Source: Desulfurococcales archaeon (GTDB lineage: Archaea; Thermoproteota; Thermoprotei_A; Sulfolobales; Desulfurococcaceae). Taken from it: a DNA stretch of 64,000 nt. Under the pieces are notes generated by a model that was not told the DNA's origin, made no database searches, and was given only the letters and a program-made list of their open reading frames with translations. Positions 27,706-37,672 of the stretch are shown one piece after another (position 1 is the first letter of the stretch; each line of letters starts with the position of its first letter). Position numbers and translations under genes: made by a program. The DNA is taken from contig JALVYU010000026.1 of NCBI GenBank assembly GCA_027022365.1, forward strand, positions 448,001 through 512,000, in the 5' to 3' direction.

Positions 27706-28780
27706 TTTTATCCAACCTGTTATAAAGGACTGTGGCTAGAGCTATAAGTCCTGCGGCTGCAGCATAATCTGTAGATAAAGTGATTCCGGGTGCTATGTCT
27801 ACTACTAGATCGGCGAACCTGTAGATCCCGAGAGGAATCCCTTCTCTCGAGCCAAATAAGAGGTTAACTCTTTTCTTCGACTTCAATATAAGGTCTTGGA
27901 GCTCATCTGCCGCATCCAATATATATTTTCCTTCAGGCTCAAACACTATTATCACTTCATCAGCACGATCACGTATAAGCTGGTGGATATCTTGTACCTT
28001 GATCGGCACCTTACGTGTTTTACGATGATAACTCCTCTTCTGTATCTCATATCTTGAACGTATTCCTTCTTCTACACTAAGAATGAACTCGGCGAGTTGT
28101 ACACCATCGATAATGCCTGCAGGCGCGATAACGAGTTCACCGATCTCAAAATTCTGTACTTCTCTCCCTATTCTTCTACCCATGTTTCTGATCGCATCTG
28201 TAGGGCCCAAGTAGGGCATCTGTACAACTGCGAATCTCTTGAAAAGACAGTGAATAGTTTTCTTTCCGGGTGATATTTTATGGTATTCAAAACTACCCGG
28301 AAGAATACTGATATAGGCTTTGTCCTGTATTATCTCAACTAAGACTATTTTATCTGGATATCTAAGGTTGACAGAAGCATTGGTTGCACGACGTACATAG
28401 TCTCCAACTATTATATTGACATCTATACTTGTAAAGTTGTGTCTTCCACGTCGAGTGGTTCTAACAGCAAATGTTTCAGAAGGACCAATATGCTCTTTAG
28501 CCAGCTCTGCAGCTATCTCGGCTATTTTATGTGGGTCCGCAGGGGATTCAGCTAGAATCGGAATGATCTTATCGGCCTCAACAACGTTCTTTTCGATGTA
28601 ATCCATTAGTTCATCTACACTGTGCTCACCATATCTTACTAGAACGAGTCCTTTGAACTTTCGCGGACAAGCTATAACAACGGCTTTTTCATCGTATTCC
28701 TTTATTCTCGACGCAACAATTTTTTCGAAGCCCAGCCCCGTCTTTATAAGTATGTCAAAGGATCCTTCCTTCAAAGACAT
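27638..28780 (-). CDS. THUMP domain-SPOUT RNA methyltransferase fusion
   Basis: THUMP (TFAVRTTRRG...S...N...G, VNL..PD..V.VEI) plus SPOUT (FEPEG, GSREGIP, D.APG.TLSTD). Confidence 0.82.
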   Translation of the reverse strand: MSLKEGSFDILIKTGLGFEKIVASRIKEYDEKAVVIACPRKFKGLVLVRYGEHSVDELMDYIEKNVVEADKIIPILAESPADPHKIAEIAAELAKEHIGPSETFAVRTTRRGRHNFTSIDVNIIVGDYVRRATNASVNLRYPDKIVLVEIIQDKAYISILPGSFEYHKISPGKKTIHCLFKRFAVVQMPYLGPTDAIRNMGRRIGREVQNFEIGELVIAPAGIIDGVQLAEFILSVEEGIRSRYEIQKRSYHRKTRKVPIKVQDIHQLIRDRADEVIIVFEPEGKYILDAADELQDLILKSKKRVNLLFGSREGIPLGIYRFADLVVDIAPGITLSTDYAAAAGLIALATVLYNRLDKIEGNNIGGGEGGKTLANNRNNT

Positions 28781-28845
28781 TATAGATTCCTCTACTAATT
28801 CGAGGAATAAAGGATCTGAAAGACGAATTATTGTTGTCTTTACGG

Positions 28846-29487
28846 CTATCTTCTCCTCAGCTGTAGCGGTGATACCACTACTGCGGGCTTAGGGCCCTCG
28901 GGTGTCGGTATCATTAATAATTTTGATTTGTATATCTCGACTTTACGTATCGGGTAGATCTTGCGTGCTCTCTCCATGATTTCTGCGCTCATTCTACCAA
29001 ATAGCATTTCTTGGATTAGCTCGTCAAGCGTAAGTTGTGGTACTTTTGATTTTACGTATTCTTCCATTATCTTCCTTATAGCTCTCTTCTGGCTTGTTTT
29101 GCACCTATAGCTTGTTAGAGCTACTACTGTTAGGCGTAAGCGATACTGATCCTTTGTCTCAACATTGAATATGCCTTGGATTTTACTGCTTTTTCTTCTG
29201 ATTAGGCTCTTCATATAGTCTCTTGATATTTCGTGTCCTTTGAATCTCGTATATGCTTTGTCGCCTTCTACTTTGATTATTTGGAAGTACAACCTTATAT
29301 GAACCTGTGTTATGTCACCTGTAATATCATATAACGTTGTCTCCATAACTCTGCCGATAAGTTTTAATGGATCATCAGCGGGTGTGGTTCCTATGGATAT
29401 TTCGCCAAATATTGGTGGTGCGATTACAGTATACCATTTCTTGAGCTTCCATTTATCACGTATAGCAAACTTTCTCCGAGCGGGCAT
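28846..29487 (-). CDS. rps3ae: 30S ribosomal protein S3ae
   Basis: DKWK.KKWY...AP..FG, GR..E.TL.D.TGD, IYP.R.VEI.KSK. Confidence 0.97.
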   Translation of the reverse strand: MPARRKFAIRDKWKLKKWYTVIAPPIFGEISIGTTPADDPLKLIGRVMETTLYDITGDITQVHIRLYFQIIKVEGDKAYTRFKGHEISRDYMKSLIRRKSSKIQGIFNVETKDQYRLRLTVVALTSYRCKTSQKRAIRKIMEEYVKSKVPQLTLDELIQEMLFGRMSAEIMERARKIYPIRKVEIYKSKLLMIPTPEGPKPAVVVSPLQLRRR

Positions 29488-29560
29488 AATCCTTCCTCTC
29501 ACACTTCTACTTACTAAGACTCTTACCATTTAATTGGGGCTATATAAGACTTTATGAATT

Positions 29561-29821
29561 TTACCTTATTTTGAGACATTTGATCGTATCTTCAATTAGC
29601 TCTAACATACATGTAACATCGTCGAGAGTTCCTCTAAGGCTATCAAAATGCTTCGGTGAGCTATCCTTTATCTTTATTTCGATAATGTATTCATTTTCGG
29701 ATATCTCTTCATTGATCTCCATGAAGCCCGGTGTTACCATGTTGTCCGGATGTAATGCTTTCCATACAGCACGGATTTTTCTATTATCTTCAGCCCTTAT
29801 TCTGAAATATGCTTCAAACAA
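29561..29821 (-). CDS. Second Pcc1-like KEOPS subunit (probable Pcc2 paralog)
   Basis: AL.PDN..TP and SLRGTLDD motifs; between DHH-like gene and S3ae. Confidence 0.72.
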   Translation of the reverse strand: MFEAYFRIRAEDNRKIRAVWKALHPDNMVTPGFMEINEEISENEYIIEIKIKDSSPKHFDSLRGTLDDVTCMLELIEDTIKCLKIR

Positions 29822-29833
29822 ACATACTCAACC

Positions 29834-30979
29834 TCATATTTTACACAATTGTAGTTCATCACAGACAGATAATGCATACTCAATATCTTTTCCGATACGA
29901 AGTAGTTCTCTTAGAACAGTAATACTACGTCCATTACTGATTATACTTACTGGCTTCTGATTTAGCAATCCTAGGCTCCTTAATATATCTACATATATAT
30001 CGGGCCTCTCAATACGATCGGTATCTATGCTCCTGCCACTTAACCATAATCTTATTCCATGCGAAATTTCATTTGCAAGCATGTCTATGTAATAATCGTA
30101 GAGCGAGATAATGCTGTATAGAATATTAGGATCAAGCGATAAATTGGATAATATGTTCACAGTTCCTCGCTCTAGCGACTCGTAGATTATCAAAGAACCA
30201 AGCGTTTCAAAACTTTCAAGCCGAGTATCCCCTATATAGAAGTAGTATGTGAATCCTATGAGTTTCAATAGGATGGTTTTCCGCGTGTTTTCATCTATTT
30301 CTAATGCTTCATAAAGAGCTGCTGCGAATTTCTTGGCCCTCTCCGGCTCCTCTTCGAGGAATATTGAAGATGAATTCAATGATTCGACGCTTTCTGTGTT
30401 GAATAATTTCTTTAGAAAGGCCAGTACTTGGCCGCGTTCACCAGTTAGACCTGGTAGGAATGGTATTAGTGTACGAGTAATCATTTCAACTAAACTTCTT
30501 TTCCTCCAGCCCCAGAATCTGAAACCAAATTCTATCTCGGCTTTATCGTTGTCGATAAGTTCTTGTAGAAACTTCTTTTCAGTTCCTTGGAACCCTTCTT
30601 TTCCTAGATCTCTCTCTTTGTAAATTCCTGCTAGGATAGCCAAGATCTTGTCGTAATCTGATACTATCCAATAGTTTTCAAGGCCTGTAACAATGTATGA
30701 GGATAGACTGCTATCCTGTTTATCCCATACGAGTTCTTGGCACCACTTTTTCGCCTGTGATGGCTTAGGAATATTGAGAAGTATTGTTGGTTCATCGGTC
30801 TCTAGACATGTTTTTACATCAAGGTTTATTACAGTATGTATGTCGTGTTCGCCGAGGTTTCTTGCCAGAATACTTGCAGCAATTAATGAATCGATATCAG
30901 TGAGTGGTATTATTCTCAAGAAACCATATTCACGGGCAGTATTGATAAGCACGGGTATACTCTTCTCCAAGAGATACAA
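29834..30979 (-). CDS. RecJ/DHH-like protein, probably catalytically inactive
   Basis: DIDS..AA.IL motif I and PFLPGLTG retained, DHH motif absent; conserved S15-DHH-Pcc-S3ae context. Confidence 0.6.
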   Translation of the reverse strand: MYLLEKSIPVLINTAREYGFLRIIPLTDIDSLIAASILARNLGEHDIHTVINLDVKTCLETDEPTILLNIPKPSQAKKWCQELVWDKQDSSLSSYIVTGLENYWIVSDYDKILAILAGIYKERDLGKEGFQGTEKKFLQELIDNDKAEIEFGFRFWGWRKRSLVEMITRTLIPFLPGLTGERGQVLAFLKKLFNTESVESLNSSSIFLEEEPERAKKFAAALYEALEIDENTRKTILLKLIGFTYYFYIGDTRLESFETLGSLIIYESLERGTVNILSNLSLDPNILYSIISLYDYYIDMLANEISHGIRLWLSGRSIDTDRIERPDIYVDILRSLGLLNQKPVSIISNGRSITVLRELLRIGKDIEYALSVCDELQLCKI

Positions 30980-31097
30980 CCCTTGTATTTATACGTTAGT
31001 TCAATTATTGATTCGCAAAAATATCTTAGTATCTTTGCTTGTTATTATAGATTTTAGAACGAATTCGTTTAATTGTAAAAATAGCTGTGTAGTAGCG

Positions 31098-31562
31098 CTA
31101 GATGTAGCTTGATACTATTAATCTTGCCTGATCTGGTGTATACTTCCAGTCTGGCGGCAGTCTCCCTATTCTCTTATAGTATTTTACTAGCCTATGTATC
31201 TTAGACTCTAGATCCATTAATCCTTTTTTAGCATGGTAATCCTTCGGATGTTCTTCTAGATGTCTTCTAAGGTTAACTGCTTTCTTCATTAGGAATAATA
31301 GGTCTTCAGGTATTGGTAGGTTAGCACCGTGTTTTTCGAGTATTTTCACTAGTTTTTTACCTGTTACTTGCTTGACTAGGGGTATCCCGTACTGGTCACG
31401 AAGTATTATTCCGATCATTGATGGTGTATAGCCCTTCTTAGCTAGCTCTACCACAAGTAGCTCTACATCGTTAGGGCTCATATCGAGTTTTAGCCATTTT
31501 GGCGGTCCAGCCCTAGCAGGTCGTGTTGAGTGTGATTGTCCCTTGTCTCGTTTCTTGTTCAC
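31098..31562 (-). CDS. rps15: 30S ribosomal protein S15 (S13e)
   Basis: [37 protein letters not shown]. Confidence 0.97.
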   Translation of the reverse strand: MNKKRDKGQSHSTRPARAGPPKWLKLDMSPNDVELLVVELAKKGYTPSMIGIILRDQYGIPLVKQVTGKKLVKILEKHGANLPIPEDLLFLMKKAVNLRRHLEEHPKDYHAKKGLMDLESKIHRLVKYYKRIGRLPPDWKYTPDQARLIVSSYI

Positions 31563-31610
31563 GGCTAAGCACCAGTATTGTTTTATTTCTCACCTATCCC
31601 GGTTAATAGT

Positions 31611-32225
31611 TTACGGGGCATTTAAATTTATGTCGGATAACGATTCTAATAGCTTTTTTAGTTTATATAATGCTTTTCTCACAGCTTTTGCTCGGTGTGA
31701 GAAAACGTTTTTCTCGTTTACACTCATTTCTGCAAAGGTTCTTTCTTCTCCCAAGGGGATGAATATAGGATCGAAACCAAATCCTTTATCTCCTCTTTTT
31801 TCGTAAGCTATGCTTCCTCTACACTCTCCTCTCTCCACAATGATGAACGGTGGATATATTATGGTAACCACCGATCTAAATGTTGCATATCGCTCAGTCT
31901 TGTTCATCATTAACTTTAGTATTCCATCACATCCAATGGTTTTGTATACATAGCTACTATATGGGCCGGGAAAACCGTTTAGTGCATCAATGAATAGACC
32001 CGCATCTTCGATCATTAGGGGCTTCTTCAAATATTTATATGCCTCGATCGCCGCTGTTATGCTTATGTCTTCGAGACTATCTGATTGGATCTCTAATTTG
32101 TATCCGGGCTTCATCACTGTTTTGAAGCCTAGGCTTCTGGCAATAGGTAGTACTTCAGTGTATTTGTGTTTATTACCTGTTATGAATAATATTTCAATTT
32201 CATCTAGGTTACCTATATCTTTCAT
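31611..32225 (-). CDS. rdgB: XTP/dITP diphosphatase (HAM1/RdgB)
   Basis: TGN..K, EIQ, ED.GL...AL.GFPGPYS, GFGFDPIF, SHR. Confidence 0.95.
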   Translation of the reverse strand: MKDIGNLDEIEILFITGNKHKYTEVLPIARSLGFKTVMKPGYKLEIQSDSLEDISITAAIEAYKYLKKPLMIEDAGLFIDALNGFPGPYSSYVYKTIGCDGILKLMMNKTERYATFRSVVTIIYPPFIIVERGECRGSIAYEKRGDKGFGFDPIFIPLGEERTFAEMSVNEKNVFSHRAKAVRKALYKLKKLLESLSDINLNAP

Positions 32226-32889
32226 GTTCCAGCCTCTTTTTCAGTCTTTCCTCAACGTATCTTCCTCTCAGCTTAATCTCATGTACTCTATTCTTAATCT
32301 CATGCGCATTTTCTCCATAACCCTCCATATAACCCTGCCAGAAACTTTCAACGAATGATTTGCTTAGCTCTGGTGCCAACGCATTTATACTTCTTTCAAT
32401 CAGATGTATATCAATAGCATATTCTTCAATATCAGTGCTATATCCTGCAAGTCCGAAATCGATCAGGAAAATACGGTCGATGTTTTTACTATAGAGGATA
32501 TTTGCTAGAGTGAGATCACCGTGATAAATGTTTAAGCGATGCATTTTTCCCACATATTTGCCGAGACGATAGGCGATCGAATTAACAACATCTTTCTTCA
32601 ATTGGTAGATTATATCTGATAGCTTCTTACCCGGCACATATTCCATTACGATTATAGAGTTAAATGGATCGACAAAGAGAGGGGCAGGCACTGGTAAGTT
32701 TGAAGAATATAGTTTAGAGAGGACTCTTGCCTCCGTTTTTGTCCTTCTTTCCCTAAATAGTCTGTCAAATAATGGGTGTCTATAGGGCTTGCTAATCCTA
32801 TGCTTAACTATGAGTTTTGCGTCAAAAACCTCCAAAAGATAGATTTTTGCCTCGGCTCCTTCGCCCAGCAGGGTCAGTCTGGAAGCCAT
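32209..32889 (-). CDS. bud32: KEOPS complex kinase Bud32
   Basis: GAEA, K.R..K.YR, HGDLT..N, IDFGL; adjacent to kae1. Confidence 0.95.
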   Translation of the reverse strand: MASRLTLLGEGAEAKIYLLEVFDAKLIVKHRISKPYRHPLFDRLFRERRTKTEARVLSKLYSSNLPVPAPLFVDPFNSIIVMEYVPGKKLSDIIYQLKKDVVNSIAYRLGKYVGKMHRLNIYHGDLTLANILYSKNIDRIFLIDFGLAGYSTDIEEYAIDIHLIERSINALAPELSKSFVESFWQGYMEGYGENAHEIKNRVHEIKLRGRYVEERLKKRLEHERYR

Positions 32890-33893
32890 GGAAGCTCGAC
32901 CTCATCGAGACGCCATCTCTGCTTGATAAATGCTTTTTCAGGCTCTATGGTTATACCATGCTCGTATAGTAGCAGGCCTGTATAAGCAATCATGGCTCCA
33001 TTATCTCCGGAAACCTCTGGAGGTGTCCCCTCGTAGCGGGCTCCATGCAGGGCGGCCATTGTATCAAGTTTTTGCCGTAGAACATTGTTGGAAGCAACGC
33101 CCCCAACTAATAATACCTCTCTCTTCCCGGTGAGCAGTAAAGCCCTCTCCGCGACTTCGACGATCATATCGAACGCTGTTTCCCTTAGGCTCAAACAAAT
33201 ATCTCCAAGTTCTTCTCGGGCTTTGATTTTTTCAGCATACTTAAGGCTAGCCGTTAATAGTCCTGAGAAGCTCAGATCTATTCCTTTTACCGTATAGGGT
33301 AGATCTATGAAGCTTTGCCCCCACTCACTACATATGTCAATCTGGTGCTTGCCATTGACAACATATGGCGGAGCCAAACCTACCTCGCGCACGAACGTAT
33401 CGAGGAGATTGCCTAGGGGTATATCTAGAGTTTCTCCTAGAATTCTGTATCTTTTTTTCCTTTGAATAGCGACTAATGTGTTTCCACCAGAGACATATAT
33501 CACTAGAGGATCAGTGAATCCTGCAACAAATTTACCTATCTCTATATGGGCGACGGCATGATTAACAGGTATTAGAGGTTTGGAATAATAGGAGGATAGA
33601 AATCTTGCAAGGGTTGCACCTACACGTAGACAAGGGCCTAGACCAGGACCCAAAGCAACAGCTATGGCATCAACGTCTTTAATGCTTATTCCAGCTTTAT
33701 CCAGGGCAGATTTTAGTACGCGTGGGGCCTCCCTGGCATGGTGTAGGGAAGCCTCGCGGGGATGTATTCCTCCCCTGGCAGGTATGTATTTAGAGTACTC
33801 GTTCGCCAGAATCCTTATCCTATAGTCATTTCGCTGTACAATGCCTACCCCGAATGTATGGCTTGTCGATTCGATCCCTATGACTGTCGTCAA
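32874..33893 (-). CDS. kae1: tRNA N6-threonylcarbamoyladenosine synthase Kae1
   Basis: GIESTSH, GGIHP, GPG.GP.L, VNHAVAHIE, SGGNT, DNGAMIA. Confidence 0.97.
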   Translation of the reverse strand: MTTVIGIESTSHTFGVGIVQRNDYRIRILANEYSKYIPARGGIHPREASLHHAREAPRVLKSALDKAGISIKDVDAIAVALGPGLGPCLRVGATLARFLSSYYSKPLIPVNHAVAHIEIGKFVAGFTDPLVIYVSGGNTLVAIQRKKRYRILGETLDIPLGNLLDTFVREVGLAPPYVVNGKHQIDICSEWGQSFIDLPYTVKGIDLSFSGLLTASLKYAEKIKAREELGDICLSLRETAFDMIVEVAERALLLTGKREVLLVGGVASNNVLRQKLDTMAALHGARYEGTPPEVSGDNGAMIAYTGLLLYEHGITIEPEKAFIKQRWRLDEVELPWLPD

Positions 33894-33987
33894 TTCTTAT
33901 CTACTCTATTCAATGCTATTAGTATTAGTGTCTAATTGGTGTCTGATTAGGAGATAGTTTATCAGAAAACTACTTGATATCTGTTTA

Positions 33988-34158
33988 TTACTTCTTATCT
34001 CTAACGTATTCAACATAACCGCATTTGCCGCAGTGCCATCTGGGAATGGGTTTCTTATGGAATGCCATGAAGCTACCGCATTTGGGGCATTTCTTGTTTT
34101 TTGGCTTTATGGTGCCAGTGTTATAATCGAATTCGTATAGTTTGTGTACGTGGGCCAC
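33988..34158 (-). CDS. rps27ae: 30S ribosomal protein S27ae (56 aa, below ORF-track cutoff)
   Basis: Manual translation [56 protein letters not shown]; GTG start, GGTGA SD; follows S24e. Confidence 0.95.
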   Translation of the reverse strand: MAHVHKLYEFDYNTGTIKPKNKKCPKCGSFMAFHKKPIPRWHCGKCGYVEYVRDKK

Positions 34159-34163
34159 CTAGT

Positions 34164-34520
34164 TCACCCCATACCCTGTTCTTTCATCATTTGTTCAAGC
34201 TGGTAGGACTGGGTTGCATATTCGTTTCTTTTAATTACATGTGGTGGCTCGAATGCTTTTGCTCTCTCAGGGCTATCATATATGTGGACTTCAACATTAG
34301 AAACACCCATACCGTATTCTGTATCTATTCTTCTCACATAAACTCTTTCAATATCTACACCATACGCCTTAGCGAGCTCTACACGTATGAGCCCTCTAGA
34401 AGGAGTTGTTCGTCCTATATGTGCTATTCGTACAATAATTTCTTTTCTTCTAATTAGCGGGTTATACCATTCTTTTACTATCTCGGCGGTGTAATCCCCT
34501 AGTTGTAGCTGTTTTCCCAA
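34164..34520 (-). CDS. rps24e: 30S ribosomal protein S24e
   Basis: NPL..RKE, TPSR, T.YG......VHIY.S......EP. Confidence 0.95.
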   Translation of the reverse strand: MGKQLQLGDYTAEIVKEWYNPLIRRKEIIVRIAHIGRTTPSRGLIRVELAKAYGVDIERVYVRRIDTEYGMGVSNVEVHIYDSPERAKAFEPPHVIKRNEYATQSYQLEQMMKEQGMG

Positions 34521-34524
34521 ACCA

Positions 34525-35070
34525 TTATCCCCCTATTTTATTTTGTTTATCTCTCATTATGGTTCCGGTACTCACCTTATTTAAGAACACTATGTCTGGT
34601 TTAAATCTTTTAAGTAATCGACGTGCTTTAACGGTATCCGAACACGTAATAACCGCTCCATAACCAGGGTATCCATATATGATTATTTTTTTCTCATTGG
34701 TCAGTGAGATGCTCATTGTCAATAGATCCTCTTCTCCGTATACCATGTATTTTTCCTTCTTCAATATTGTAAGGGTTCTAGAGTTCTGGGATACTGTGCC
34801 TTGAGGATTAATGATCAGGATAGAATTGCTCAGATCTACGTCCGAATGCTCATATTTCTTTGTTCTACGTGTTTTGAAATCGATTATTCTGATGTCTCCG
34901 CGGAATTTTTGTGATACTACGTCGCCTACTAGGTAATCACCTCTTATATTGCATGTAAATAATTTACCCGCTTTTTCACTAATGATTAATGTTCCGTGGG
35001 GATAAGCGAAGTAGCTCCGTAGAGTAGTAGGTAGCTTTAAAACAGGTATAGGTATTTTGGGGTTATGCAA
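34525..35070 (-). CDS. GTP-dependent dephospho-CoA kinase (DUF359)
   Basis: VGD.VS, DFKTRR, NP.G, GEEDL, YG.PG.G; follows Spt4. Confidence 0.8.
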   Translation of the reverse strand: MHNPKIPIPVLKLPTTLRSYFAYPHGTLIISEKAGKLFTCNIRGDYLVGDVVSQKFRGDIRIIDFKTRRTKKYEHSDVDLSNSILIINPQGTVSQNSRTLTILKKEKYMVYGEEDLLTMSISLTNEKKIIIYGYPGYGAVITCSDTVKARRLLKRFKPDIVFLNKVSTGTIMRDKQNKIGG

Positions 35071-35269
35071 CCTTGATCGCGTATCTACCAGGTTTTTCTA
35101 TTCCAAGCATTTTAGCAACTAGTGATTTTTCGGGATCAATTATTATTACTACTCCTTCCCATTCATCAGTGAAATCGTTAGAACCACACACCGGGCATAT
35201 TTCTACATCTTTATCTACTAGAGCTTTGCATTTCCTGCATGCTTTGAATGGTTTTCGCTTTATAGGCAA
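35063..35269 (-). CDS. spt4: Transcription elongation factor Spt4 (RpoE'')
   Basis: AC..C, CP.CGS, W.G.VII.DPE.S..AK, PG.YA. Confidence 0.95.
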   Translation of the reverse strand: MPIKRKPFKACRKCKALVDKDVEICPVCGSNDFTDEWEGVVIIIDPEKSLVAKMLGIEKPGRYAIKVA

Positions 35270-35275
35270 GTATTA

Positions 35276-35815
35276 TCACCCCTTCTTCTTGAGCCATTTG
35301 AGGTTGCCTAGATATGGTTGTCTCATTGTCAGTTGGACTCTTAGGCCTTTGCCTGGAAGCGGTGCAACGTTGTAAACTCTTGCTCTTACTATGTCACCTT
35401 TTTCAATCATTCTCTTAGAGTCTCTGAGTAGAAGCGCAGGGCGTGTGGGATCATATTCTATTCTCTCGTCTGCTATCTGGTTAATGTATATGAATCCATC
35501 AGACGCTCCCAAGTCGACGAATACACCGTTTTTAACAACAGTATTTACTTCTCCCTCTACGACTTCTTTGATGAAAGGATAGAATGCAAGGATGGTAAAT
35601 TCTACTTTATGATATGTTGCACCATCTCCGGGTATTATTTTTCCTTGGGGATCAACGTCGACATCAAATACTGTCACTATAATGCCCATATTTCTCGTTA
35701 TCACGCCTTCATACTTTCTTCTCAGCTCTTCCCACGCCGCGATATCGAGTGGCTTTCCGAACTTGTCAGGCGGTATTCTTACTACATCTCGAACCCTGTA
35801 GATTCTGTAGACCAA
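35276..35815 (-). CDS. rpoE: RNA polymerase subunit E' (Rpo7)
   Basis: VRIPP..FG, G.I.PGDGA, EVVEGEV, LTMRQP.LG. Confidence 0.96.
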   Translation of the reverse strand: MVYRIYRVRDVVRIPPDKFGKPLDIAAWEELRRKYEGVITRNMGIIVTVFDVDVDPQGKIIPGDGATYHKVEFTILAFYPFIKEVVEGEVNTVVKNGVFVDLGASDGFIYINQIADERIEYDPTRPALLLRDSKRMIEKGDIVRARVYNVAPLPGKGLRVQLTMRQPYLGNLKWLKKKG

Positions 35816-35903
35816 TTCGTTTCACCGTAATCCATCCTTGTTTAGACACAAATATTATTTACAGTTGAATAAAAACTTAACAATATAATGATTTGTGTGG
35901 CAG

Positions 35904-36311
35904 TTAATACTCTATTCCCTCTACATCAACCATCATTTTTTCTTCACGGAGATATATTTCGGGTATGCCTTCTCTTCTAAGCTTTTTACGTAGTTCTCTA
36001 TCGTTTGTTGCAACGCCACACTTGTTTTCCTTAGCGTAGTATAGGATTAGATCATCTGTAGGCATGTTTTTTATATCTATATTGACTACTTTACAGTACA
36101 TACGCGCTATTTCTAGTGCGAGTCTTGCTGGTTTTGATATACTAGGCTTGTTGGATTTTGCAAGTTTTTCGAGCTCTTTTATAATCGGTGTTAGCACGAT
36201 GTAGTCGGGCTTAGTGTCGATTATGTCCTCGATCTGTTCAAAAACATTGATTCCACGGGCAACGGTCATTAACATATTTGTATCTAACACTATACATGGT
36301 CTTTTCCTCAC
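35904..36311 (-). CDS. PIN domain nuclease (Fcf1/Utp24-like)
   Basis: LDTN, EL..L, DD.I, ATND..L. Confidence 0.88.
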   Translation of the reverse strand: MRKRPCIVLDTNMLMTVARGINVFEQIEDIIDTKPDYIVLTPIIKELEKLAKSNKPSISKPARLALEIARMYCKVVNIDIKNMPTDDLILYYAKENKCGVATNDRELRKKLRREGIPEIYLREEKMMVDVEGIEY

Positions 36312-37555
36312 GGTTTCGCCTCCTCTACGATGCCCCAGCCTGTCAGCCTCCAGCGGCCCAGCACTCTCCTGCTAATGGCTATCCTAGACCCTTCCCAGGC
36401 AACGACAGGATCTCGTAGCTTTAGCTCGATATAGTCGCTGGTTACCCTCATCACTATAGCTAATCGAATCGCCGTTCCCGCGGTTATAACTATTATTTCA
36501 CGAGGCTGTATGGGTTTTACCTGCACCATTTCTTTCATTCCGACAACACGCTGGAGTAATTTATAGTTTACCTTAAGATATGTGACAGGCTCCGGTACTT
36601 TCCCTGGTATGCCCACGACATTTCCTACCAAAGCATCAGCTTTCGTTAACGAAGGATCTAGCTTTGTGCCTATCGCTAATAGTCCTCCTGGTTTCGCCTC
36701 TTCTACTTCTAGGTTTCCGAACCTAAGTGATACTACCTCTGTCACTATAGGTTCGTACTCGTAGCGGCCAGGCGCTATTGGTTTTCTTACACCTGGCCTT
36801 ATTTCGATCTCATCACCGATTCTAAGTACTCCCTGCATCAGAGACCCGCCGATAACTCCTCCCTTTAACTCATCTGGTTTTGTACCTGGTTTGTTCACGT
36901 CAAAGCTTCGTACAACATACATTAGCGGTGGTTTAGATAGTTCTCTCTCCGGTGTTGGAATATATTCTTCGATTGCCTGGAGCAGGACATCTATGTTTGC
37001 TTTATGAAGCGCACTAACAGGTATTATAGGAGCATTTTCGGCCCACGTACCTTTTAAGAACTCCCGTATTTCTTCATAGTTTTTCTTTGCTTGTTCCTTG
37101 GACACGACATCGATCTTGTTCTGCACGACTACCAGGTTTCTAACACCGATAATGTCTAGTGCTACAAAATGCTCGAGAGTCTGTGGCTGGGGGCAGGGCT
37201 CGTTTGCAGCGATTACGAGGAGGGCTCCATCCATAAGTGCCGCTCCGCTAAGCATTGTCGCCATGAGAGCCTCGTGTCCAGGAGCATCTACATAGCTAAC
37301 TCTTCTCAGTAGACGTGACTCCGAACCGTCTGGACACGTTGGTTCCGTAGTATACGCTTCTGGGGGCTCTAGCCCGTCACAATAAGCAATGTTTCCATCA
37401 GCATAGCCCAGCTTAATAGTCATTCCTCTTTTAAGCTCCTCGCTGTGTCTAGCAGTCCATATCCCCGTAAGTGCTTGCACTAATGTTGTCTTCCCATGAT
37501 CAACATGTCCTACTACTCCGATGTTCACTTCGGGTTGTTTTTCTTCCCAAGGCAA
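36308..37555 (-). CDS. eif2g: Translation initiation factor 2 subunit gamma
   Basis: [45 protein letters not shown]. Confidence 0.97.
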   Translation of the reverse strand: MPWEEKQPEVNIGVVGHVDHGKTTLVQALTGIWTARHSEELKRGMTIKLGYADGNIAYCDGLEPPEAYTTEPTCPDGSESRLLRRVSYVDAPGHEALMATMLSGAALMDGALLVIAANEPCPQPQTLEHFVALDIIGVRNLVVVQNKIDVVSKEQAKKNYEEIREFLKGTWAENAPIIPVSALHKANIDVLLQAIEEYIPTPERELSKPPLMYVVRSFDVNKPGTKPDELKGGVIGGSLMQGVLRIGDEIEIRPGVRKPIAPGRYEYEPIVTEVVSLRFGNLEVEEAKPGGLLAIGTKLDPSLTKADALVGNVVGIPGKVPEPVTYLKVNYKLLQRVVGMKEMVQVKPIQPREIIVITAGTAIRLAIVMRVTSDYIELKLRDPVVAWEGSRIAISRRVLGRWRLTGWGIVEEAKP

Positions 37556-37672
37556 AACGTATTCACCCCAAATACGATTCTATATGTATTAAACATATTT
37601 TTATGATAGGTTGTAGGAAAAATAGTAGAGCTTATAGCTTCTTGGATTACTGTTACTATATGTGTGATCATG

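Noticed and set aside
34101-34457. 118-aa Cys-rich + strand ORF
   Set aside because: Antisense to rps24e and rps27ae.
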